DNA from: Rhizodiscina lignyota
Lineage: Eukaryota
Length of the DNA: 40,225 nt
NCBI GenBank assembly: GCA_010015805.1
Contig: ML978132.1
Span: 868,001-908,225 of the forward strand
Direction: 5' to 3'
The notes beneath the pieces were generated by a model that saw only the letters and a list, made by a program, of their open reading frames with translations, had not been told where the DNA came from and did no database searches. Of the stretch, positions 21,500 through 33,056 are shown one piece after another. Each line of letters starts with the position of its first letter. Position 1 is the stretch's first letter. The position numbers and the translations under genes were made by a program.

Positions 21500-23668
21500 T
21501 TACGCTTCGTTACTCAGAGTCATGCCGAACAACTCTCCGCTCCAACCACAGCCCGCACCGCCAATCTGCTTTAACGGCGCCTCAATAGCCATGGGCGCAT
21601 AGTGGTAGTAATCACCGTTAATGCCCATCCTGGTGATGAATTCCTGCTTCGCAGAAGTGTCGCCAATCGGCAGCGCACCCGAAACTGCTGCAAATGTTTG
21701 GTTCCCCTGTCCGATGATGCTGAGTTTGAGCGATTTGCCAAGAGGCAGAGAAGAGTTTAGGCGGTAGTAGTTGCCGGAAGCAAAGAGCGTGATATTTGGA
21801 GTAAGCATGAGCGAGGAGTCGCCGCCTGCGAGTACAACCGTGTTTGTGGGATCTTCCAGCTTGTTGATTTTGAGGGAGAGCGTCAGAGTATAATTTCGGC
21901 CTTTGGAGGACAGTGGCGTGGTGAATGAACAGGAAGGCGATATCTCAATGCCGCCCTCACTACCTCGAGAACACGATGTTTTTGCATCGTAGCCATTTCC
22001 AGAGACGTCTTTGACTGCCGATTTTCCTTTTGCGCCATACCCATTACCCGAAGAGATGGCGTACTTGACGATTGTCGAGGACTTTGAAGCAATTGCGCGA
22101 TCCAGATTCTGCGCTGGAATCGCTGGGTGAAGCTTTGAAAAGGTAGACCAAAACTCGGATTCCATGAGGTTGCCACCCCATTGCTTGTCGGCCAATGCGG
22201 GAATGCCCTCACGCCAGGCGTAGTATGCTTCCGAGTAGACCGAAGCGTTTGCGCCATAGTCATTCCAGAGAGCCGCAACTTCTCCCAACACCAGTGGGTT
22301 TGATCGTGAGGGGTTGTCCGTCTTGTTGTTCATGTTGAAGATGTACGGATACCAAAGTTCGTCCCCTCCGTATGGGCTGCCGTGGAATGTGCGGGTGAGA
22401 TTGACGGATTGCGGGTAACTTCCAGACCATTTGTTGACGACGTAGAAAGCATCATCAGAGTTCAGGACAGAGTAGCCGTTCAAGATGTAGTCATAGTACG
22501 GGTCGTCGTCGAAGAACTCCCAGTGCTGGACGCTGACGTTGTGATAAATGTTTGTGTAATTCTTCTTTGGAGGGAACGTGCCCCAGATTCGGATATACTT
22601 GCCAGACGTCGCACCGATATAGCCAGACATGGCGTTGACGAACCTGTTGTAGTCGTCTGCAGGGCCAGTGTACTCGTCCGCTCCGATCGAGACTGTCTTT
22701 GTGTGAAACCACGGTAAGAACGTTCCCCAGATGAGTTCCATCGTTGGTATTGTCTCCGGTTGAGAGATGTTTAGCAAACTCAGATCTGGCTCAAGTCCGA
22801 GCTCTGGCTTCCATTGCACGATGACGAGTGCATGACCGGGTGCTTCGATCTCAGGGATAATGGTAACACCACGAGCAGCGCATTCTGATTGGACTTGATC
22901 GAACTGCTCACGCGTGTAAGACTCGTTCTTGTGCTTGTTCAAGCCTGCTACTGCCGGAGAATCAGACCAAAGTCGGAATCGTGCGTAGAGTTCCAGGGAT
23001 TCCTCTCGCGTGTAGTTCGCGTTGTTGAAGAGATTGTCGGAGAGATGCACGTGGAATGTGTTCTGTTTGAAGAACGACATGTACGAGCATATCTCGATCA
23101 AAAACTCTGGAGGGTAGAAATGACGCCCTCCGTCCAGCATCATTCCTCTTGTGCCCCATCCAGGAGAATCGACGGCAGAGCCATATGGAAGATGACCATC
23201 AGAGAGAACTAACTGTTGCAAAATAGTACGCGTTCCCCACCATGCACCAAGTGGACTGGCTCCTGTTATCGTGATCCCAGACGAGGATACAGAAAGTGAA
23301 TATCCTTCTGATGTTTCTTGTCCTGCAGCATCGAGGTAGTCTCCGGCGTCACCAATGGTCAAGAAGATTGCATCGGAAGAACCTTTCTCGCCCTTGGAAA
23401 CTTTGATTTTGCTGTGAAGTGCAGCTCCGAGGTCTGATGCAAATGTCGTCGCAAAGTCTTCCAGTGTTGGAGGAATCAATGTCTGACCGCGATCGTCTGT
23501 TGCCGAGGCGTACTTGGAGTCCACTACGATTGACTTGACATCTGCTAGCGAGAAATCTCCATACCCTGATTCTGTGAATGGGACAGTGGGAATTCCAACA
23601 AGACGAGCAGTCACAAGAACAGACTGAAGCAGAAGAAATAACGTTGCCGTCCCCCAAAAATTGAACAT
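21500..23668 (-). CDS. Secreted GH20 beta-N-acetylhexosaminidase, intronless
   Basis: Signal-like MFNFWGTATLFLLLQSVLVTA; EGYSL, RGMMLDGGRHFYP, FHVHLSDN, PEIEAPGH, catalytic IGADEY and LWND. Confidence 0.93.
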   Translation of the reverse strand: MFNFWGTATLFLLLQSVLVTARLVGIPTVPFTESGYGDFSLADVKSIVVDSKYASATDDRGQTLIPPTLEDFATTFASDLGAALHSKIKVSKGEKGSSDAIFLTIGDAGDYLDAAGQETSEGYSLSVSSSGITITGASPLGAWWGTRTILQQLVLSDGHLPYGSAVDSPGWGTRGMMLDGGRHFYPPEFLIEICSYMSFFKQNTFHVHLSDNLFNNANYTREESLELYARFRLWSDSPAVAGLNKHKNESYTREQFDQVQSECAARGVTIIPEIEAPGHALVIVQWKPELGLEPDLSLLNISQPETIPTMELIWGTFLPWFHTKTVSIGADEYTGPADDYNRFVNAMSGYIGATSGKYIRIWGTFPPKKNYTNIYHNVSVQHWEFFDDDPYYDYILNGYSVLNSDDAFYVVNKWSGSYPQSVNLTRTFHGSPYGGDELWYPYIFNMNNKTDNPSRSNPLVLGEVAALWNDYGANASVYSEAYYAWREGIPALADKQWGGNLMESEFWSTFSKLHPAIPAQNLDRAIASKSSTIVKYAISSGNGYGAKGKSAVKDVSGNGYDAKTSCSRGSEGGIEISPSCSFTTPLSSKGRNYTLTLSLKINKLEDPTNTVVLAGGDSSLMLTPNITLFASGNYYRLNSSLPLGKSLKLSIIGQGNQTFAAVSGALPIGDTSAKQEFITRMGINGDYYHYAPMAIEAPLKQIGGAGCGWSGELFGMTLSNEA

Positions 23669-24541
23669 GGCGAAAGCTGTATAGTATCGCATGCGCAGAC
23701 AATTAGGATAACGAAAAGCTGTCAATTACCTTGAGCCATTCAGGTCTACGATGGAAATCAGGCGGAGCTCGATTTATGTGAGTGAGTTGATGCAGAGCTT
23801 GAACATGCGGCACCGAACCGGATCGACGCCTTGCGGCAGGACAAAGTTGATAGCATGTGTGGCTGCAGATACAGAAGCATGATGCCACATGGCGGAGCCT
23901 ATTTTGATAGCAAATGTAACGCTATGGCAGCAAAGCAGAGTTGTGCTGCTGAAGATTTTCGCATCCCGACATCCGCTGGAGAGGAGGTACGAGTACTTTG
24001 TCGAGAACGCCGTGGGTCAACTGATAGCAACGTCCCAGCACAGCGTTCCCATATTGCCGACATGATATGCCCCACTTGCTGAAGGTAAAATAGAGCAGAG
24101 CGCTGCGAAAGAGGACCCAGAGGCTGGTCAGTTGCAGAAAGCAGAAAGATCGTCATGGTGGAGCGACTTCGGAGGAAAACATGCCGATTTACCTAGCAGG
24201 CTTGCCCAATCGGTGCTAGCGCGGTTCTCCTCGTTCTTTGAAATATCACCAGCCGAACCTTCTCTCCGCAGCGTTCACCTCCAATGCAACTTTATATCAT
24301 CCTGCCTGCTACTCTCCTGGAGTGAATGCTACACCACCTGCGTCAGTGCGTGGTATCATCATGCTGCTCTGTAGATCTCTGGCTGTCTTTGTCCATCAAT
24401 TTCCCGGAATGCCGCACAACGCAGGCGGCTAATATCTCTTTCATCTTCAAGCACAACTATGAAATCCCAAGGTAAGCGGAGGAGATTGTGCTGAGGGTGT
24501 TACCACAGCTTCTTTCATCTGTCTCGTTGCTAGCTGCAAAG

Positions 24542-26509
24542 ATGAGGTTTCTTCTGAATTACGTTTTTCCATTTCTGCTATCTTCACAGTTCGTGCTGTC
24601 GTCCCCAACATCTACTCAATCTGCATCATCTCCATCGTTCACTTACAATAGCAAAACTTTTCTCCTCAATGGCTCCCCATATCAGATCATTGGCGGCCAA
24701 ATGGATCCACAGCGAATACCGCCCCAATATTGGCGCGACCGCCTCACGAAAGCCCGCGCAATGGGACTGAACACCATCTTCTCTTATGTCTTCTGGAATT
24801 TGCTCGAGCCTGTCCAGGGCACGTGGACGAGCGCCGAACCTGCCAATGACATTGCAGAGTACTTTCGCATCGCGCAGGAGGTGGGGCTGCACGTCGTTTT
24901 GCGACCCGGACCATATATCTGTGGAGAGAGAGAATGGGGTGGTTTTCCAGCGTGGCTTGCTGATGTTCCCGGAATGGTTGTTCGGAGCTACAACGAGCCC
25001 TTTCTCGCAGCTTCGAAGAGTTACATCGAGCGTTTGGCGAACGACATTCGGGATCTGCAGATTACTCGTGGCGGCCCAATTCTCATGATTCAGGTCGAGA
25101 ATGAGTATGGTTCTTTCGGCGACGAACACAACTACACCTCTGCTCTTCGAGATATGCTGCGCGAGAACTTTGAAGGCATGACGCTATACACGAATGACGG
25201 CGGCGTGGATTGGACTCTTGAAGGCGGTGAAGTCCACACTGTGCTTGCCGAAATTGACGGAGATCCGACAAGCGGGTTCAAATCGCGTGAATTGTACATT
25301 AATGATACCACCGAACTTGGCCCGCTGCTCGACGGAGAATACTACACGTGGGCACCCGATCAATGGGGCTCGTACAACCCACACAATACGACAGTTGGAA
25401 ATCCAGCGGACGTCGAGCAGTTTGTGAAAGATTTGGATTATGTTCTTGGAAATCAATCTGCAAGCATTAGTCTATACATGTTCCACGGTGGCACAAATTT
25501 TGGTTTCGGAAACGGTGCTCTGTGGCAGAATCGCACGACCGCATTCACAACGAGCTACGATTACGGTTCGCCGCTAGATGAGAGTGGAAGGACCAACGAC
25601 CTCTACTCGACTCTGAGGAGTACCATTCAGAAGTTTGTTCCCAAAGGCAGCATCCCTGATGTGCCTGCCAATCTTCCACGCAGTACAATACCGGTGTTCT
25701 CCCTGACTCCCACAGCATCATTGTTCGACAATCTCGGTCATGCAGTATCTGGACAGTCGCCGCTCACGATGGAAGCTCTAAAGCAGTCATATGGTTACAC
25801 GCTCTACGTTCACACAGCCGGGTCAAGTACCTCCGGCGTCGTCCATCCAGGCGATCGCGCACGCGATAGAGTTATTGTGTACAAGAACAACGTTCGCCAA
25901 GGCATCATCGACAGCCAATACCAGCATCCGCTCAATATCAGTGTCTCTTTGAAAAAGGGCGACAAGTTGCAATTACTGGTGGAAAATCTTGGGAGAGTCG
26001 ACTACTATTCACGAGGGAATCCATACCGGAACTACCTCCAGGACCCTTACAAAGGCATTCTGGGAGATGTGACTATCGGAGAGGAGGTATTGAAAGGGTG
26101 GGAGATGTATCCATTGTCGCTAGACGATGTGTCGTTTGCTCCAAAGGCGTCACAGTACGGCGCGAAAGTCAAAGCCGACGATCCTCCGGTGTTCTATCAC
26201 GGCTCGTTTACCGTCGCTAAGCCCAAGAACAGTAATCCAGCGGTATTGGATACGTATCTGTCAGTTCCGACGGGACTGAAAGGAAACGTATGGGTCAATG
26301 GCTTCAATCTCGGACGATTCTGGTTTGTGGGACCACAACAATCGCTATACCTTCCTGGTACGATCATCAAGCCTGGCCAGCAAAATGATGTCGTTGTTTT
26401 GGAGTTGGAGCCTGGGATTCGCAGTGGTAGTGAGAATATGGTGGCCAATGGAATGGCTGAGCGAGCATGGGGAAACAATCCGGACATGGATTGTGAGAAC
26501 TGTGTCTGA
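24542..26509 (+). CDS. Secreted GH35 beta-galactosidase (GLB1/bacterial-like architecture), intronless
   Basis: Signal-like N-terminus; RPGPYICGEREWGGFPAWL, GGPILMIQVENEYG, YMFHGGTNFG, TSYDYGSPLDE, LLVENLGR and NGFNLGRFW...GPQQSLYLP. Confidence 0.95.
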   Translation: MRFLLNYVFPFLLSSQFVLSSPTSTQSASSPSFTYNSKTFLLNGSPYQIIGGQMDPQRIPPQYWRDRLTKARAMGLNTIFSYVFWNLLEPVQGTWTSAEPANDIAEYFRIAQEVGLHVVLRPGPYICGEREWGGFPAWLADVPGMVVRSYNEPFLAASKSYIERLANDIRDLQITRGGPILMIQVENEYGSFGDEHNYTSALRDMLRENFEGMTLYTNDGGVDWTLEGGEVHTVLAEIDGDPTSGFKSRELYINDTTELGPLLDGEYYTWAPDQWGSYNPHNTTVGNPADVEQFVKDLDYVLGNQSASISLYMFHGGTNFGFGNGALWQNRTTAFTTSYDYGSPLDESGRTNDLYSTLRSTIQKFVPKGSIPDVPANLPRSTIPVFSLTPTASLFDNLGHAVSGQSPLTMEALKQSYGYTLYVHTAGSSTSGVVHPGDRARDRVIVYKNNVRQGIIDSQYQHPLNISVSLKKGDKLQLLVENLGRVDYYSRGNPYRNYLQDPYKGILGDVTIGEEVLKGWEMYPLSLDDVSFAPKASQYGAKVKADDPPVFYHGSFTVAKPKNSNPAVLDTYLSVPTGLKGNVWVNGFNLGRFWFVGPQQSLYLPGTIIKPGQQNDVVVLELEPGIRSGSENMVANGMAERAWGNNPDMDCENCV

Positions 26510-26631
26510 AACAAAAACAGAGTCCATACGTGCGTAGAGAGGGTATTTGGTATTTTACAGTTGAATCTCGAAACATGCTTCATCTTGGCCCGCAAAACCA
26601 CATGGCATGCCGTTTTCGATGCAGTTGAAAA

Positions 26632-28153
26632 TCAACTCCAAAGCTTCGGCCCTCCGCTCCTCAACTTCTGGAACACTGCATTCGGGTCGTACTTTTTTGA
26701 GATTTCCCTCATTTGATCCATATTTCGGGGCTCCCAACTGGCAAATGCATCTTGCGTTTCGTTCGCATTGTTGATGTACAAGTACTTGTGAGACTTTCCC
26801 TCGGCCTCCGCTACCCGCTTCATCTCGTCGCTGATCATCTCTGTCCAACGCATGACGCGCTCATCGTCTTTTGCGTGCTTCCAAGTGGACCATTGCATCA
26901 TTCCGACAATGTCTTCTTTGAGATTGTCGATTGCCCATGGTCCATCACGGTTCTTTTCGAACGCAGCGACTGTCATGACATTTGCAAATATATGGAATTC
27001 ACCGCCTTCGATATCTGAAAGATGCTCTTGTGCTGAAGACTGGTAGAGCTCGAAGAGACGTTGGAGCAGCTTCGTATCTTTGTATATTGTCGATGTCGAG
27101 ACGTACCGTCTATTAGCTTGTTAGTGATCAGGCGTGGACGACAGCGAAAATGGCTGTCCAAAATGTTGCTCACCGGAAGCCATATGGGGCAACCATGAAG
27201 CTGAATTTCACGACGCCCGGCCAGCTACTCTTTTTGAAGGTACTATTGACCATCGGGAGAGCATTGAAATGTCGAAATACCGGTGGTGGTTCGTCCGAGT
27301 CGTGAGGCCCATCATAAAAGAGACTTGCCATAACCATTCCTTTAGCTGGACTCATGAGCATGACGCCGACATGCGGGCTATTGCCCTCCTCTGTGGTGAA
27401 CGAATCGAGCGCATCGAAAGCCGCACCGAAGCTCGTGGGAGCGAAAATATGAGCGCCTGCCCAGATGTTCTGCCTCGCAAATGTCTTCAAGTCCAGGCGC
27501 GTGACGATGCCAAAGTTGCAGATACCCCCTTTCAGCGCCCAAAACAGGTCTGGATGAGATTTCGCGGTGACGTCGAGAATTTTGCTGTCCGCAGTGACAA
27601 CCTGGAAGCTCACGATTGTATTGGCCGCGAATCCAAAACGATTCCAGTATGGGCTGAGTCCTCCACCGAGCAGAAGACCTCCGAGTCCTGGAGTGGCCTG
27701 ATTGCCTGCTCCGTCATCAGCGTCGCACTAACCAGCTTGCACAGTTCACTGACCAGCAGCAATTGTGGTTCCTTTCTCTTCCAGGAAATCATATATCTCT
27801 GTGAGTGTAATTCCAATATTGGTCCGTAGGACCGTTCCGCCTTCACTACCGGTCTCGATCAATTCCAAGCCCTTCAGGTTGGAAGTAGATATCACGACTC
27901 CTCCATCACTGTTCGACGCCCATCCACGATTCGCATTATGCCCTCCTCCTTTAATGCTGAATGATATCTGATGCTCGACAAGTTGTTCCAAACCTTTGGC
28001 CAGCTCTTCAGCAGAGTTTGGTATGAAGACGGCGCCAGGTTTCAAGAAGACAGTGTCGGTCCAGTATTTGGATGCGCCTTGGTATTCTGACGAGTCGGGA
28101 AGGAATGTCGATTGAGGCAGCGTTGCCGCGAAGGTGTTAATGCTTGAAGTCAT
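26632..28153 (-). CDS. FAD-linked oxidoreductase (VAO/BBE-type FAD_binding_4), 3 exons
   Basis: FSIKGGGHN covalent-FAD His motif; spliced AAGNQATPGLGGLLLGGGLS; PDLFWALKGGICNFGIVT; C-terminal YLYINNA...KKYDPNAVFQ. Introns near 27753-27706 and 27174-27110. Confidence 0.9.
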
Positions 28154-30067
28154 CGTTTATGTCGAGGTTTGAGGTGAGGTCGATTTCGAGGGAGGAATGC
28201 GGGGAGGGTCGGGCAATATGTATCTGGTATGGGCGACTTGTGCATCGCGCGCCTACTCAATAGCAAATGTAATCATGCCAATGGTTCTGTGAGCTGAATA
28301 TGAATGATGAAGCAGCCGCAGCTTAATCCGTGTTCTGCCGGCTTATAATTGCTCCACTGTCAGCAAAATTTCCGTCAGCAAAGCGGAATGAAAATGAGAT
28401 GTCCAGTAGACTGAAGATTCAAAGAAACAACTGGAGTCGCGAAATCAGAACAGGGTTAACTGTCCGGAGATGGTTCCAATACGCGTGCGAAGTACGCGTC
28501 GTTCGAGTTGCATGTAAGACGTATGATCATATCAGGGCAGAATGGAGCCAAGATTCCAATTGGGATACAGTCTTACTGAATTCAGCATATACCGGGACTG
28601 AATGGATTATGCATAATTCAAGTGGCAAGGTATGAGCTTGGAAGTGTCGGTGATGACCTGAAGAATACTAAGGGCCTGAGATAGTCTCGGTATCTTCGTC
28701 GGCATCATTTTCGGCATAGAAAGCGGACAGCGAGACAAGACATTGAGCGGTCAATACTAGATTTCCGTCGGAGAAGCACGTTTCGTATGGTAGTGATGTC
28801 GGCAGATGAGATTGATCCAGCAGGATGAAGACGCGCTTGTCATGGTCGACATCAAAGATTACAGATCACCGCAAGAAGAGATTGACGCTGATACGATAAG
28901 ATTGATAAGATCAACACAACGGACTTTTCGGCCTTTCACGATTATCCGCTCCGACGACACTTTCATCCCTGCGTCGTCATGATGGCGAGGTTGGCATGCA
29001 TTTCGAGACGACCCTCATCCACATTACATTTTCACGATGTTCTGATTCGTGGACATGTCCGACGATGCCGAAGCCCGAGAACAGGTACACAAGGCAGTGA
29101 AGACAGTTCCCATGATGCAAGTCCGAGTCGTGTGATGCATGGAAACGACGATCTTCTCGTCCCCCGCCTGAACTCGGTATAGCGATGGGCGATGTCCCAA
29201 CTCCGAGCCCTTTCAATCTGTTCAAGTGATGTTTGTTTGGAATGAAGCTAACATACGCTAGATGCCTCTCACGTGGCAATACTTTGCGTTCATCCTGTGC
29301 AAGACATTTCATTGCACTTTACGCAGACCAATGCCGAGTACGTTCTCGCATCGAAGCATGGGCGATGCTGTCATGTTTAAATTGCCAAGATATTCGGGCT
29401 ACGGGAATAGGCTGCAAACAACCACAACCAGGAGATCCCATGGATTATGCGTGGAGGTTGGGCCAATCGGCTTGAAGCACGCCCGTGGAGCAGGAGTGGG
29501 CAACTTGTTCCTGAAAGATGGACAGATTCCCTCGCCATTCGTTCTGCAAGGGTCCGTTGCATCATGGCTACGTGCCTAATCAGGTCACCGGATGTACCAT
29601 CTGAACCTAACGTGTTCTCCACAAGCTACCCTCCACAAGCCATCTCATCCCAGGATCATCCTCAATCCACGCCGTTTCTTTCAATGAGCCACGGACAGCA
29701 TGCGAGTTCGCGTGGATTCCCTGGAAGCGGCTTCTCATGCCTTCTAAGCGGGGCAATCGCCCGGCGAACAGGTGCCGACTGAAGTACTTACGAAGCAGAT
29801 CGGCACGCGGGGAAGATTAACCACGCATCGTATACTCTCGAAATGTTACGTGCAGATGACACGTTGGAATGCTGAACTACTCGTTCAAGACCCTGATCTT
29901 CAAGCTCTCTGATGGACAGCATGGTTCTTGGCTCACGATGCAATACCAGAAGTTCCGTAGTTATTAGCACCCTGAAGCTTGGCTCTAATGTTTGGTAAGT
30001 ATAATGCAAGGCTCCTTGTACACCATCGTCTTGTTTCGCTTCAGGTACCTTTCAATCCATTCTCAGT

Positions 30068-31597
30068 ATGTCTCATCATCTTCGATATCTTTTGTTTACG
30101 CTCAGCGCATCGTACGCTGTAGTGTACAGCAACCCGAACAATGATACTGGAAAATTGCCAGGGATGGGATGGAATTCATGGAATGCGTACAATTGTAACG
30201 TGACAGAAGACGACATCCTGACAGCCGCGAAGTCAATCGTCGACCTTGGGCTCAAAGACCTCGGTTACAATACCGTGACAATCGACGACTGCTGGTCCAT
30301 GAAAGACGGACGAGACAATGCAACAGGAAGACTCCGACCGAATATGACGAAATTTCCGGATGGTATCTCGGGCGTTGCGGACAAGGTTCACGCAATGGGT
30401 TTGAAATTTGGCATCTACTCTACTGCTGGCAACATGACTTGCGGAGGATATCCTGCGAGTTTGGAGCATGAGGAGATTGACGCTGAGACTTTTGCGGACT
30501 GGGGCGTGGATTTTCTGAAATACGACAATTGCAATGTTCCGAAAGAGTGGGAAGATGTCTGTCAATACTGTTTGCCCGATGAGCTTCAGTCTGACGTAAA
30601 GTTTCAGCCGAATGGGACTTGTGAGTCAATTCAGAAGCTTTCATTATAAATGGCTAATCTGTGATAAAGGTAATAAAAACACATATCCTCAGCCGTATGT
30701 GTCGTGCCACGCCCACAGCTAGCTTCTAATGAGGCTGCATCTCCTGAATCCGAGTGCTGACAAGCTCTGTGTAGTGAATTCCCCCCACTCTGTCCGCAAA
30801 GCTTTGATTACACGACTTCGAAAACATTTGAGCGGGCAAAACGAATGCGCGATGCCATCGACAGCACGAATCGCACGATTCTGCTCAATCTTTGCTTCTG
30901 GGGTTACGCAGACGTTCAATCATGGGGCTCACAAGTCGCAACATCGTGGAGGTCAAGTGATGATATCCAACGTACGACACGACTCGTTACTGTTTCGACA
31001 TGATTTGCTAACGGCATCGCAGAAAATTGGCCTCGCGTCGCTGCGCTGCTGAATTTCAACGCCTTCCATCTCAGCAATACCGACTTTAACGGTCATTCCG
31101 ATGCCGATATGCTCGAAGTCGGCAACAATCTCACCATCGCGGAAGCCCGGTCGCATTTCGCATTCTGGGCAGCAATGAAGTCGCCTCTGTTCATTGGCAC
31201 GGACTTGACGAAGCTCTCCTCATCGAATGTCAGCATTCTGAAGAATCCCTACCTTGTCGCGTTCAATCAGGATCCAGAGTACGGTAAACCCGCAACGCCG
31301 TACAAGTGGGGATTCAATCCCGATTGGACGTTTGATCAGTATCATCCCGCCGAGTACTGGGCTGGCCCGAGCAGCAATGGAACGCTGGTGCTGATTCTGA
31401 ATCCGAGAAATGATACTACTGTCATGAAGACGGCAGACTTTTCAGAAATCCCTGGCCTCGACAGTAAGAGCCCGTACGGCGTTACGGATGTTTGGACGGG
31501 AGAGGATCGCGGATGTCATAAGGGATCGTACACTGCGGATGTTGGAGTACATGATACAATGGCCATATTGCTGCAGAATCGGTGTGATAATTACTGA
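30068..31597 (+). CDS. Secreted GH27 alpha-galactosidase; exons 30068-30620, 30670-30694, 30775-30971, 31023-31597
   Basis: [58 protein letters not shown] and AFNQDP. Three GT-AG introns give one continuous frame. Confidence 0.93.
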
Positions 31598-32236
31598 TGT
31601 TAATCGCTTGTCATGCCGCTCGCTTCTTCAATACTTTGCAAATTTCTCACGGCTGCCATCTCCGCTGCATTGACAGCTATGAGATGATGTCGGAAGTAAT
31701 GTCACGCTCCGCCGGCTTGCAAATGTCAAAGTTAGTCCAATGCTCCTCTTACGCCGAGCTGTTTATTCCACGTTGCCTTGTGACTTGTCGAAAGGAGACA
31801 TTCGATATTGGGGCGGTGATAATTCAGCAAAGGCCAAAAGAGACAATGAGGCACTGTCAAGCGAATCGGGTCCAAAGCTCGGAGAATTAAAAATCAGCGA
31901 GTATTCTAAACAGGGCTCTCGGCCCTCTCCACTTCCTCCAAACCCATATTACTCTCTTAAGAGGGCTCTCGGCCCTCTTGTTAGATATAGGGGGTGCTAT
32001 GCTAACCGGCTTAGCTTGCAATCTCTAAGGAGGACGATTCTATATATATCTAGCCTTAGAAGGTGCCTTATTCGCGCCTTTAGCAGCTTTAATTAATGTA
32101 ATAATAAGCCTTATAAACGTATATCTCAATCTATGGCTCGGATTCGGGTTAGGGCTTAGGCGCGCGGCGGGCCTAAATAGGGGGAAAAAAAGAGCGGGAC
32201 GGCGAGCGGCGGGTACTACTCAAGCATTCTACTCTA

Positions 32237-32388
32237 GAACGCGTCGCCTTCCCGCAACTTGCCCCATTTCACCCCCTTATTGATACCTAGGAACGCGTCG
32301 CCTTCCCAATTTCACCCGCCTACCCCCTATGTTACGCGCACGGATCGCGTCGTGATTTACTGCCCTCTAGGAACCCGTCGCGAATTCC
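32237..32388 (+). repeat. Dispersed direct repeat GAACGCGTCGCCTTCCC (32237, 32291) plus a variant at 32371
   Basis: 17-bp exact match twice; third copy reads GAACCCGTCGCG. Confidence 0.8.
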
Positions 32389-32530
32389 TCTCCCCCTGAA
32401 TCTGGGCTTGTATAGCCTGTACGCTGCGCGCCCGTCCGCACTTAATAATAACTACTTTAACTACTATCATACTATTAATCTAATCGTACTAATCTCTTTT
32501 TTAATCTCTCTCGCGCTTACTCGCTCGCTC

Positions 32531-32531
32531 G

Positions 32532-32577
<46 letters not shown>
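32531..32577 (+). repeat. (CT)n microsatellite
   Basis: Nearly perfect CT dinucleotide run. Confidence 0.95.
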
Positions 32578-32578
<1 letters not shown>

Positions 32579-32659
32579 AGCTTATTATCTCTTAAGAATA
32601 ATATTTTAAGCCCTCGTCGATAAAACTAAGCTATCCAGCCGCTAGGACTCTCTTACGAG

Positions 32660-33056
32660 CGCAGACTAAGACTAGAGGCTTACTATATTAGGGCTGTATC
32701 TAGACTAAACTAAGCGCGTTATTATCTGTACAGAGTGTAAGTACGCGCTTAAGCCGTCCGCTAAGGCCGTGTCTAAGCACCTTTAGGAGAAGTACTAAGT
32801 GCCTACCGAAGCCCGCCGCGGCCTTAATACCTTTATTAACTTACTAAACCTACTACATCCTAATAAGCTTAGTCTCCGGCCTAACGGCTCTATACTATAC
32901 CCGTACCTTACCGTCCAATCTAGCGCGGCTTGTAAGTACTACTAGTACTAGTCTACTAGCCTTAACCTCGTACGGCGCTACCTAGCGAAAGGGTACGGTC
33001 GAAAGGGCAGCCGTAAGACCTAGCTTCGTAATAACCTCTATACTAGTCTAAGCCTA
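32660..33056 (+). pseudogene. Truncated, RIP-mutated DUF3505/OrsD-like zinc-finger fragment (type found at the N-terminus of TLH-like proteins)
   Basis: Reads LGLYLD*TKRVIICTECKYALKPSAKAVSKHL*EKY*VP...RPNGSILYPYLTVQSSAACKYY*Y*STSLNLVRRYLAKGYG. CxxC...H...H pattern with RIP-type H>Y and C>Y changes; similarity ends near 33056. Confidence 0.75.

Noticed and set aside
27134..27829. 231-aa + strand ORF
   Set aside because: Antisense to the spliced FAD oxidoreductase.
29233..29579. Short ORFs with SCLNC...C, suggestive of a decayed Zn2Cys6 gene
   Set aside because: Only three Cys with the wrong spacing and no downstream TF domain.
1..31597. Secondary-metabolite biosynthetic cluster or Starship cargo
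   Set aside because: No PKS, NRPS, terpene synthase or DUF3435 captain in the window; gene content looks catabolic. Cannot be excluded beyond the left edge.
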